Below are positions 12,401 to 24,323 of a stretch of 64,000 nt of DNA, in pieces. The notes below the pieces were generated by a model. That model searched no databases and was not told where the DNA came from. It was given only the letters and a program-made list of their open reading frames with translations. The position numbers were made by a program, and so were the translations under genes. The stretch is taken from assembly GCF_964204645.1 (NCBI RefSeq), contig NC_134029.1, forward strand, positions 6,758,001 to 6,822,000. Reading direction: 5' to 3'. This DNA comes from Tubulanus polymorphus. Lineage: Eukaryota > Animalia > Nemertea. The stretch's first letter is position 1, and every line of letters begins with the position of its first letter.

Positions 12401-14767
12401 AGTCGATTTTTATTTCAGAAAAACAATTTTGACACAGGGGTTCTTGATCGACGCGCGCGCTGACCAGAAACAGAATACATTTTTTGTTTGGCCTAACAAT
12501 TGAATTCATACTGCAGAGTATTCAGTTCTGTTCCAAAATTTTGGTATGGAACTGAATTGATCGTTTAAAATCAAACCAAATTGGAAAGATCTAAGATGGA
12601 ACTAACTTTTTGCTAGTGAGAACGCTTTCAGTTGTTATTAGGATAACACACCATTAATTGTAACCGTCATCTACTCAAGAGTCAATGCCTTATTTAAGGC
12701 GTTTTTTTAAAGCAACTTGTATAAAATCGCTTTGCTCCGTCGATTACCGTCACGTGATACAAATCGAATCGCCTTAAATAAATGACCCTACTCTCCACAA
12801 CCGGAACCTGAATTTTCTCCGATTGAAAAAGCCGCCATTTTGTTTTTGATCTATCACTGAACGCTCCACTGCCGTAGCAAATCGAATCAAAGCGCTTTGA
12901 TGAGCGATTTGGTCGCGTTGGGTACTCGCGTTGGCGATTTGGTTAAATGAATGGACGTTGTAGGCAAATCGTTGTAGGCGCATTGCTTCAATAAATCGGC
13001 GATTCGATCCGTGTTGATTCGAGTTGCTTAAATAATAAATACGTCACGCTAAAATCTGGCAGCCCATTAACTAAAATCCGGCAATTTATGAATCGGGTTA
13101 TTTCAGAATGTATTTATTTCGTGAAATTTCGAACAAGATTGGGTCGATGAATAGTTTAACAATGAACCGCGTTGATCGAACGAGTTCGAAAATAGCTGAA
13201 ATCCCCTTAGCAACGGGAGCGAATTCATGAAACAAACCACGCGCCGGCGCCCGGTTCAGCCATCGCAGGCTCGAATCCCGGAGAATTACGCTCTCGCGCG
13301 CGCGTGCGACAGTCAACTCCAGCCGCAGTGCTGAAATATATAATCATTTATCAAATTTAATGACCCTAAAACTGCGATGAGTCGCGTTGCCGTACGATTT
13401 GCTTAAAACTTCACGGCAGCGCGGCGGCCCGAGGATGGATCGGCACGGTCTCGCTCCGAGGAGCAGCGACATCGCGGTCGGCAAAAACATTAGTCTCCGC
13501 CCCTTCTTTCACCAAATAAGGAATTCGGTACCGCTGGCCACGTGCACTATTTATTTTGAACAGTAGATTCCCGGTACTCGACATTCCCCCGAGAATTAGA
13601 GACAAATAAATATTTATCGCGAGAGAAATCAATTTTTGTATTGACATTTGAATTTTGCTGCTGATGATTTATTCGATTTTTTTTCTGGCAGAAAAAAATT
13701 ATGCAATCGAAGCGTTTCAACGTGTCTTTCATTTTTTCGTGTCTTCCTTTACTTTTCAAATGGAGCTAATTTCTAAATTAACACCAGGTCAAATTCTTCA
13801 ATCTTGCAAACCGTCTCAGTTTCACCATAAATGTCGGTTTTTACATTTCGGGTTTTACAAAGTGGTTTATAAACCATTGAAAAATTCTTGATACAAATCG
13901 AAATAGTAATCTTTTTAGCAGTGGTAAACCGACCTACCCCGGGTAGCCAAACACCAGTTTATATTTAGTTAAGAAATGGGTCAAGTTTTTTTCATAGAAA
14001 ATTTGAATTTCATTATTTTTAATAACCAGAAATTAATCGAACCTTAAAGTTGAAGTTTCATGTTCTGTCCCCCACCACTTAACTATATGGCATTAGTTTT
14101 CATTTTTCCAAGCTTAAAAATAAGAATTGATTTAATTTCTTCAATAATTTAATGCTCGGGGCCCAAATCTACAGAACAATTTCAACATCGAAATAAAATT
14201 GATAGACTTTAAGAGTTATAGTAAGAGTTTCTTGGCAGTTTCATTGACTGACAACAATTAATTATCTCGGTATTCCTTTAGTCACTGACATCATTTTGAG
14301 TGTTTTTGTTACATACGTGAACGAGGTTGTTTTCGAATCGTTATGATTTCTTAATCTTAGTCGTAAAAATTAAATCAAGCTGCAGTGACGAAGCATCCGT
14401 CACTTAGATTTCATCTATTACATATTATTTCTAGTTTTCACCTGATGAAGAAACGCGATTGAGAATGTAAAACTGAAGATCAAGTTAATGTGAATCAAGC
14501 CTCTTCAGTTCCTGTAATCGATGACCGTGGGAACTGAACAAAGTCAAAATGACCCTTCGATGCTGCACTACGTGACCTCAGAAACATCGATCCCAAACGC
14601 GACCAGAACGCGGAAGTAAACGACCTTGGATTTAATTCCTCTTTTCTACCCCGAACCCTCGATCGTAGTGAAATCAATTCACACTCACCGGCAACACATC
14701 GTTGTACTGTAGTTTTAGTAACGCTTTGTAAGCCACTAGTGGCTCTCTGTGCTAACAATCGGAACAT
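9406..14767 (-). CDS. COX5A: Cytochrome c oxidase subunit 5A, 154 aa; coding exons 14689-14767, 11440-11570, 11216-11320, 9406-9555
   Basis: Spliced translation: basic presequence [12 protein letters not shown]..., then [71 protein letters not shown]. All introns GT-AG with matching phases; total 465 nt. Confidence 0.97.
9878..10150. mobile_element. MITE with GCCGCGATCACAC-type TIRs (Harbinger-like); related copy at 56301-56446
   Basis: GCCGCGATCACA ... TGTGATCGCGAC inverted ends; internal GGCCCGTGCCAAATT motifs shared in reverse with 56301-56446. Confidence 0.55.
10909..11011. mobile_element. Short palindromic MITE of the GGACCCAGTTCCACAG family (Harbinger-like)
   Basis: GGACCCAGTTCCGCAGTT ... 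AACTGCGGAACC; same family as 34662-34772 and partial copies near 34610 and 60234-60443. Confidence 0.55.
12125..12493. mobile_element. Non-autonomous TIR element with TAA target duplication (Zator-like MITE) in COX5A intron 1
   Basis: TAA|GGCCAAAAAAAAAAATATATTCTGTTTCTGG ... CCAGAAACAGAATACATTTTTTGTTTGGCC|TAA. Confidence 0.75.
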
Positions 14768-15357
14768 CTTAAATCGCAAAGAACGCGAGCGCCGGTAACA
14801 GAAAAAAAACTTCCCAAAATGGCCGACAGCTGGTTGAAGATAGATGACGACCGGCACAGCTCGCAAAAGTTCAACACAGGCAAGTTCGAATCCCCTAAAT
14901 ATAGTTCAATTCAATTCGATTTTATTTTACATATCTTTGATATCGGCACGTGGATACGGTGACAATCCCATATATCCTTAGAGGTAATTTTTTCTATATA
15001 GAAAGAATATGAATAGAATAAAACTTTATTGGGTCCTTGGAATAAATGCAGTATACTAGCATATCCAATAGTAGGGACACGCAACCATCAGTAGGCCTAG
15101 CCCTACGACCCATTTTGACGCCCGTGGGGCTCATCCCCTGCTCATCGTCTAATTCAATTTCAGCATCACTGACCACTCGGAATATCAGATGGTATTTATT
15201 ACTCGCATGCCACGGTAGGAAATCCGATTATGTCAAATCGTGACCGTTTTATGCTGCTACTATACATGCGCTAAATATATGTGAATTAATTACTCCTCGC
15301 AAGCCAGGGTCTTTGAGTTGGGGGCAGTTCACCAACTTTGTGTCTGATGTACCACAG

Positions 15358-15409
15358 GGGTACACTAGGACGGAGATCACTGTGGAGACAGCCACACTAC
15401 AGGACTGGG
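15358..15409. repeat. Dispersed repeat fragment shared with 43851-43913 (possibly SINE-derived)
   Basis: GGAGATCACTGTGGAGACAGCCACACTACAGGACTGGG is identical at both sites. Confidence 0.7.
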
Positions 15410-15789
15410 GACAAGCTGCTTACCGAATATAAATAATACGATCACCGACCACTCAGGCGGCTGGCTGCTGGAACTACTCGGAGGTAACCTCTGGTAAATT
15501 CTTCAAACGGCACTGTCGGCACCGGTGGAATGTATATAAATATTAATGAATAACGGGTCTCCTTGCAGTGGTCATCATCAGTTTCTTCTTTGTTCGAAGC
15601 ATCTTGTGTCAAGACTTATTTTTCAGGAAGTTTACTACAAGACATTTAAGACTGAACAATTTCGCGCAGGAGAAGAAGTGAAATAAGAAATTTGACTACG
15701 AATATGTCATCATGTTTTTTTATTATTTCCCTGCAATCCGGGTCTAGTATATTCCATATGTTTATATATAACTGCGGTTAATTGGCAGA

Positions 15790-18700
15790 TCACATTGACA
15801 ATTCATCGTTTTCAACATTTGTCGAATCGTCTACGGGTGACCGATGCCAATTTTCGATATCTTCAATGGTTTGAGGCAGGGGTCGGTTTAGTGTCTCCGG
15901 TAAGATCAATGCTGCAAATCCGACAAATATACTGAGAGCGCCAAATAAGACCCCAGGAAACCAGGGCAAATATTTCACCTGTGAAAGAAATCAAAACTCA
16001 CTTTCAAAAGAGATAAATTTGCTTTTACAACTTAGGTTCACCAAAATGAATACCAAGAATATGGTCTAGAAACCTGATTAAATTTCGGGAAGGAAATGAT
16101 TCTGCGACCCGTCAAAAAGTATTATTTTCAATTATAAATTATGACACCATACTTGCCACATAAGTCGAAAAAGGCGCAAGGATATTGGCTATACGTCCAA
16201 ACAACGAAGAAACCCCTAGGCCTGAATTCCTGAAAGTACAGAAATGGTTTTCGCATTTCATAAGATATCGAACAGGAAAATTGGAAGGTTAGAATGTGAA
16301 AATAACTTCAGGATCACCTGAGATTTGTAGGGTAAATCTCTTGTGCGTAAAGAACTATCTCTGCGAATGAAAATGTTATTGCGTATTTAGCTATAAGCGC
16401 CAGTACCGTTATCAAAACCGATAAATCCGTCCCTGAATCTGGAGATAAGAAATAAACGAGAGGATGAGTGGAAAAGAAATACAAAATACACAATTCGATA
16501 TTTGCGAATCGTCTGATAAGAATAATGCACAAGGTCCAATTTCATGAATAGGTTTAAGCTTATAACGGTGAATTTTAAATTTTGGTCATCATTGAAAGCA
16601 TGTTTTCATAAGCAATTCGTGAAAATGGACCCTCTGAGCGATATACATATACGATACCCGTTTTCTTGGGGATGACGCTGGCTAATAATAACGCAACTCC
16701 TGTAATAATATGATGGACGACAAGAGGCCACCGTCGACCTAATCTGAAAGGTAACGACACGAATTCATGATTTCTAATTCGCTTATAATTTCAATCGCCT
16801 GCTATTTCGCTAACTTACTTTTGAAGACAGATGATACACAGAATGTAAGCCGGTATTTCTACGATTCCGCTCAGAAAGAAATTCAAGTAGATATTTCCAG
16901 CCAACTGCGTAGACAGTAACGTCAATCCGTGATATACTAGAGTATTGACGAACCTAATTTACGAAAGAAGACGTTATTTTACCCGGTTTGAATTCGTTCC
17001 GTAAACTGAGCATACAAAATTTCAACATATCTATAATGGAAATCGCGTTACCACAAAGAGCACATAATGGAAGCATTGATAAGCATTCTTTTTGATCTTA
17101 AAACGTCTAGAAATGTATATTTTCTTCCTTCTTCGTCTTTCCGTTGATTGGATCCCTTTCGGAAACAGTTCAACAGGTTCTTTTTAACTGTGCTGCTATT
17201 CGATGAAGCTCTGCTGCCGCTAAGATGATTGCTATGTAAGTTGTAACTATCGCTGTCGTGGTTAGATACGAGCGCTCGATCGGCGGTTATTTCGTCGACC
17301 GCGTTTAATTCGTCTGCTTCGTGTAAGTATTGCTCGAAGTTATCGTTATTTTCAGTGATGGCGGCTTTTCTAAAATGTTTACGCGCTTCTTCAGCCCTGC
17401 CGTTTGCCACTAGCCAAATAAGAGACTCGGGCACGTACCTTAATGAAAAGAAATCATGAAGTGAGAGTAAAAAAAATCCCAAATTTTCAAAATGTGTCGT
17501 TATTGTTTTTGTGACAGCGACTTTCATTGGCTTTACGACCTACCAATAAACAGCGATGGTCAATATACAAGGTAATGAAATTGCCAGTTGAAGATGACGC
17601 CAATCTCTGATACAATACGCCATGAGCGCCAAAATAAACCAAGCTGCCGACCAGAATAACTGTATACTTATTCCCGCCACACTACGGTGGCTTGCTTGCC
17701 AGAGTTCGCAACACAAAACGATGCCAGTCAAACCAGAACCCTGAAAACAGTATGACTCTGGTAGACTGATATAAATCTCAGTATTCAGAGTTAATGAAAA
17801 AACCCATAATTTATGACTTAATGATTTGTTCTAATCTAACAAGTTTCGGATTAACTCCATCGTCAGCGATAAACAAAAATCAGATCATTTTCGTTTCTCT
17901 AATGGTGGGGGTTAATCACGGGGTTAGTCAAAACTTCGAAACCGTCAGATAAGAATAAACCAGTCATCAACTGTGGGTTTTGCTCATTAATATATCATAT
18001 TGACATTTGAATTCACGCTCATATCATCGTTTGTAATCGATCTGAAGTTCACACATAGGGAATTCGAGTTTGTGTTTACGTTTAGTAGATTGAAATCCAA
18101 AAGTTAATAAACACCAACAGATTGTTTTGGCTCTAATACCTCTCGTAGTGCTCCGTTGAAGAATTTCAATGCGGCAAACGCCTCGAAATTGGGCACAACT
18201 GCGATTATCGTACCCACAACTACCATTGCCCACTGGCAACCGAAATGTACAGGTTTTCTTCCAACTCGGTCGGATAGCGCCGGAAAAACGAGGGCTCCTA
18301 ATAAAACCCCGGCAACGAACAACGACTGTGACGTCTCCACAAAGTAATTACGGTCACACACAAGATTCCACTTAAATAAAGATATATGTATATAGCACAT
18401 CGATATATAATTTACCGTGATGTTTACAAATGAAGAGAAATGTGTTAGGATCGAATGGAAAAATCATTTATCATCAAAAAATCAATATGGTTTATTGAGT
18501 CGTAAAAAATTTATACACGATTGAATGTTGCATCCGATCGCTGAATCATAATTTCTAACCTAGGGCTATTAATTCCTTAATTCCGAAACTTGTGTGTCCT
18601 TACTAGTAGACATATTTGCTTACCTCTGTAACGATAGTTGATCCAATAGTCGAATCGTAAGTCCATCCATCTGTACAGGATTCTGTCACATTCGTCTCGG

Positions 18701-19121
18701 ACGAATAATTCGTGTACATTTTGCATTGTGAACGTTCCATTTCTCCGTTACGATTTTCAAACGGGATAGCATCGTTAACCGTCACGTTGTCCGGAAGTTT
18801 ACAGTGATGTTCTGGTTCTGCTCCTTTTTTTTATGGTAAATGAAATACCTTTAATCTATTTTGAGCGTGTCGGACTGACGCATCAACATTTTTCGAATTA
18901 CGGTCTTAAACCAAGACATTGGATTTCATCACGCATGCATCAATGTAATCTTTCAAAGACTGTGTAGAACACAATAAAATGATATATTTACCTGTGAATA
19001 CTACGATCATCATATGCCAAGTCCCTGATAAGTTGAACGAGATGGAGTATATGACATACATGACCATTCTCCATCGGTTATAGACCCCCAACTTTGACAG
19101 TGCTTTATCCACGTCAAACAT
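15790..19121 (-). CDS. SLC22-family organic cation transporter-like protein; exons 18992-19121, 18624-18823, 18140-18370, 17544-17740, 17052-17438, 16819-16953, 16658-16743, 16318-16438, 16157-16229, 15790-15978
   Basis: Family motifs [45 protein letters not shown]-type repeat, [23 protein letters not shown]. Phases are consistent when intron 9 uses a GC donor. Confidence 0.93.
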
Positions 19122-21783
19122 ATTCACATTCGATTACGTCCGTTAGAAAAACAAGTGGTTCATATCCTAAAGAAATAGAGCACTTATATATATTTATACA
19201 TATACACCGTTATACATATGTTAATCAATGAGAGGACTTTTAGAAAAAGAACACTGGATAAAAAGTGTTTTTGAATCAGGTTGTCCATTTCGTTTGAGCG
19301 CGAAGAAACCACATTCATTCATGTTGAAGCTTTCAAGTTAACTATCATTTTCGATGTCTCATTTTTCTAACATTCCCTTGGTAGTATATACGTATGAATA
19401 TTACTGTTACATAAGTAGACAATTTATGAGGTTTTATTTCATACTGTGCACTTACGAAAAATAAAGTAACATATAATGAATTCATTCGAAAATATACTGA
19501 TCCAAGAAAATCCAACTTCTCACAATTTTTAAGTATCCAACGTAATCCATGCAAGTAATTGTCATGAAAAGATCTACGCGTCGTTGTTCATTGCTTACGG
19601 TAAACTAAACAAGCCGTCGGTTTGAACATGGACTCTAAAACGAAGAAGAAAGAACCGACTAGAACAGAGATAAATGTCCTGTAAGATTTATGCTTTCTCA
19701 CATTCTATTCAATGTCGGGTTTGTTCGTGAAATTGCTATTTGTTAAGCGTTAAGAAGCCAAACAATAAAGACGCACCACCAGTCCGAGTGTGACTTCTTA
19801 TTCTGAAATGAAATGTACTTATTAGAAACACGAATTCTAGTAAAATGTTTTACTGTGATACGAAATCACGCCATAAAAACCGTTATAAACATTGACAACT
19901 ACTATGCTCCGGGGCTCTGTTTGAGTCGATGTGCACTACGTCATCAATATTGGCGTTTCAAAATAGAAATTTCAATTGAGAATTTAGGCGTTCATTTTGC
20001 GATTAAACATATACTTCGTAACTGTTATTTTCTACCTATAAATGTTCATGTCTTTTTGATAATTGATTTTTCGGTCGATATGCACTACGTCATCAATATA
20101 TCGTGGCTTGATTGGTTGCCGGTGAATTCAATTCAATTATCGATACATCCAAATTCAATAACTTAACTGATTCTTAATATTATGTTGTTTATATCATATC
20201 ATTTATTGTCGATAACATTAAGCAATATATGTGTGTTATTTTTCAAGGCGTCGATAAGCTTTCAAGTTAGTTCTCCTGTTATCTATAAGTATGGATAGCT
20301 TTATCTAGCTGCTGCTCAGCTAGGAGAGATGTGAGAGATATAAATTCTGATTTTAGTTACTTGCTATACACCCGTTATTGCAGACACGCAAAACTGCTAA
20401 TGATACAGGTGAAACTTATTGAAATATGAACGATATCAGCGCAGTCTTTCGACGGAAGATAAACCAAGTGTTAAACCTATAAAGGCATCAGGCATCTGAC
20501 CTGAATAAATACTCGAAAGTAATACTTACGTTTTATGTGGCCGATTATGTATTTAATACAGTATAGAATGTGATATAATGACAATAATATTCCTATTAAC
20601 GAACAAAAGGTTAGTTCGTATAAACGCCATATTGGTTTCAAGGTCGGATTATTTCCACTGTCCTTTTTCACATTAAATTACATATCTATTTCGTCCTGTC
20701 TATCAATTGAACTCATCCGAAATCAATTGTTTGTTTCTCGATTATGAAAAGATGATCATAACTTTTTTTATCGTTGAATAGGGATTGACCCTGTTATTTC
20801 TATTGGTAGATTTCGTTTGATTTGTTTTGATTCGGTGTCCCTTACAAACCTGCCACACCTGCCGGGAACGAAAAAGGGAGTTTGATTTTGAAATCGATGT
20901 ACAGATATAGTTGTGTGATCGGCGGTCGAATTTAAGAAGTGCGTAATTAGAAATTTCCGTTCCGGTTCGTTCAAACGATCCTCCAATCAGAACTGGCAAG
21001 CGACTGTGGGGTTAGTACATCGAGCAACAGCCAGTTCAGACAGACGATTTTACTGAAGTCGCGTGACTTTTACATATTCATAACATAAACATGGCTTATC
21101 CACATTTATCGCATAATTATTACAAAATATCCTCGAATTTCATGGTAGAAATCTAGATATTCTAAGCTCTAGAATTTTAAGTATTTGAAAAAGATAGAAT
21201 AAGAACTCTAGCATTGCATCCTGTGGTTAAGTGAAAAGTTGAGCTTCGCGCACCCGTTTGAAAATCTGAGTAGTTGAAGTTGAGTTGAAGTTGGAAATAC
21301 AGTTGGATTGTTTTAGATATCATACTTGAGTGTTGAGTAGAATAGTTGCAGATCATGTTAAAAAATTTACTTGATTAAGATGATAATTAAAACACATTAC
21401 TTACTGGGTGACACGTGAGAAAACCGCGACCACCATCTGCGCACGGAGACGCGTATATAATATGACATACAATATACTTTACTTCTATTGTAGCACTGTA
21501 TAGAATAACGAGAACAGAGATTTGGTGTAATTACGTATTTTGATATACTAATAAGCGAGAACTTGGGCTACTGTACGACTATCAATCACGCAGTAATGAA
21601 ATGTCATAATTTGAACCCGAATTCCAAACTGCCTTTTTCCGTCACGTTGATGAGGGTAGAAGTCATTGATACCGAAGGTTGCTAGATATTTTTTGCTAAC
21701 CTATTCACGAATGTACGGACGGGCATTGCGGTTAACATGAAATGTATCTCGAAATTTTTACTTAGAAAAAATATAAAGACATT

Positions 21784-21962
<179 letters not shown>

Positions 21963-22274
21963 ATCACGCCTTTTTCGCGGTTTGTACACCAGTGAAATGA
22001 ACCATTTTCAACAAATTGGCATAAAAACCGAAAATGTATGATATTGTATTTATTATCATATTCATAAAATACTGACTGCTTTGAAATAACAGTTACGTAG
22101 CTTGTATATAAATAAAACCAGCTCTAAAAGCGATAAGACAATCAGGATTAAGGATTAAAAACGCAGAAAATTTATACATCAAATAAAAATGACAAGTGTT
22201 TTCGGTATCTTCTATACCATCCCACTAATTATTTCTAACCCCTTTTTTCACTATTTTGGGCACAGTTTCTGTCT

Positions 22275-22376
22275 CAGGTTATTGTTATCATTATAGGCAA
22301 AGTAGCAAATGTATTGAACATCATGGAGGTATTACTGTAACTCAGCTTGTGCTAGCCGGTAAAATTCGTCTCCATT
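22275..22376 (-). pseudogene. Truncated, disrupted 5' relic of the GPCR pair
   Basis: Reads METNFTG-stop, then in another frame LSYSNTSMMFNTFATLPIMI, matching METNFTNDCQLNYITNISWMFNVFAILPITI. Its upstream flank 22380-22690 resembles 24330-24710. Confidence 0.7.
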
Positions 22377-23330
22377 CGAAAAATGATATTCCCAGATTTC
22401 CGCACTCTCTTGGCGGACAGTATAAAATACTGAAATTGTAGAGCTCGTGAAATTTTAAGGGCAGTTAAGGAGTAAATAGCTAAATCGATAATGTGAAAGA
22501 TAATCTTACCTCTGCAAAACGCGTTATAATGATGAATATTGATGTTTGATTCACAGTATTTGAAAGTGTCCGAGGTAATTTCTCTACAATTATTGTGGTG
22601 TAAATTTGCGCAGTGGATTGTTGAAAAACAGAAATTAAAAAGTCTGAATGAAAAAGAAAAAAAAATCAAGTCATCGTTTAACTTTCTATATCTTTAGTTG
22701 GAAAATAATTGAACTGGAATGTTAGCTTTCCACTCTCCCATTTGAGAGAATCTAACTATTTGAATTCGAGGAGTAGGTTAAAAGTACGATCGAATATCAT
22801 ATATGAGTGACCTACGATAAAAGAAAGATGCAAGAACCAACTTTCTGTGTCATGTGATGAGAAAATAACGTGAATACTATCCGCACATGGGGAAAATTTG
22901 GACCCAAAACCCCCAACAGTCTTTTAATTCGTCAAGCTAAATCTCTTTTTCTGTTAAGTTGAAATACCAAGATATCGTAAAAACTAGGGTTGCGCTTTCT
23001 ATATATGTCGTTTCTTGTTTGTAAGCTTCAAGTTTATTTTGTAGTATTATATACTATATGATGTAATGTTTAATTCAAATTTGTTCTGAAATAAAGTAAA
23101 TTGAAGTGGAGTAAAAATTGACATTTTCATTTTGCCACTTCTCCCCTCTTTACTACACGATTCACCATCGTCTGGCACATGCTACGTTTCGTTGGTCAAC
23201 CCGGTAGCGCCTACATCGGCAAGATGAATAATCTTCAGAAAATGGATATGAAAGCTAAATGTTGAAATTTGAAATAAACATGGAAAATTTATTTGTAAAA
23301 CAGAAATAATGTTTCGATCTGGTATTTTAT

Positions 23331-24323
23331 TCAAACTAATTTTGCTATTTTGCACCCTAGTTTCCTGCGTACTTCTTGTCTCAGTTTTATACTCGAAATA
23401 CAATATAATACAAAATTGACACACGAATTCATGCACGATAATGTTTGCCCAGTTTTCTCGGCAATTTTTAATTCCTTGATGGGTGGAATAAATAGCATCA
23501 ATAATTTTTTAATTCCGGCCGGAAATTCGAAAACTAAATACGACATAACGGCCGCAAGTGCTAGAAATGAAGCCTGATGTTGGATCATGGCTGGTGATGA
23601 TTGTTTGCTGGAAATCTTATCCCGTTTACGTGTGGCATCCACCAACGATTTAACTATTATCGTATTGGCAATGAACAAAATGATGAAAGGCGAAAAAGTG
23701 ATCATTGACATGTGTATTGCTGAGCGAAACTCGACTCCAGTGCCTGGAATACGTAGAAGACGCAAATATGAAACTTCACTCGGATAAGGGCATTTTGTGT
23801 AGCGGTATGCTACGTCACGGTAGAAAAATCGCCAAAATTGTGTCCCTATAGAAAGAAATATGATAACAACACAAGCTATTAAGCACTCGCGTTTGGAGAC
23901 ATAAGCACGTGCTTTTAACGGGAATACGATAGCAAATGCTCGTTCTAAACTAATCAGAACTGTGATCCAGTTCCTGACCATTTTAGCTATTACAGACGGC
24001 TCCATCGCGACATATGACAGAAAGACACCAACCTCACTGACATTTCTGAAAAACATTTCTCGCGGGGAGTATACCCATTCTACCAAGTATCGAATCGGAC
24101 GCGCGATAAGATAGCAAATAAGTAATACATTTTCCGCTACGGCAAGAACGCGTAATATAGTGAATGTCGGAACTTCAGTGTTGAATGATGATAAAACGTA
24201 CAACGTCAGGAAATTCAGAAAGATGCCAATTATTGTAATGGGTAAAATAGCAAATACATTGAACATCCAGGCAACATTCGTAATGTAATTCAACTGGCAG
24301 TCATTAGTGAAATTCGTCGCCAT
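23331..24323 (-). CDS. Intronless rhodopsin-class GPCR (FMRFamide/sex-peptide-receptor-like group), copy A, about 330 aa
   Basis: Seven hydrophobic segments; GIFLN in TM1, LAVAE in TM2, ISLERAFAIVFPL in TM3, NSCVNFVLY in TM7; N-terminal NFT sequon. First ATG at 24323. Confidence 0.92.
   Translation of the reverse strand: MATNFTNDCQLNYITNVAWMFNVFAILPITIIGIFLNFLTLYVLSSFNTEVPTFTILRVLAVAENVLLICYLIARPIRYLVEWVYSPREMFFRNVSEVGVFLSYVAMEPSVIAKMVRNWITVLISLERAFAIVFPLKARAYVSKRECLIACVVIIFLSIGTQFWRFFYRDVAYRYTKCPYPSEVSYLRLLRIPGTGVEFRSAIHMSMITFSPFIILFIANTIIVKSLVDATRKRDKISSKQSSPAMIQHQASFLALAAVMSYLVFEFPAGIKKLLMLFIPPIKELKIAEKTGQTLSCMNSCVNFVLYCISSIKLRQEVRRKLGCKIAKLV

Noticed and set aside
14882-14896. GTTCGAATCCC B-box-like motif upstream of COX5A
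   Set aside because: No A-box or cloverleaf context.
23350-23787. Antisense ORFs shared by both GPCR copies
   Set aside because: Shared only because the sense CDSs are near-identical; no independent evidence.
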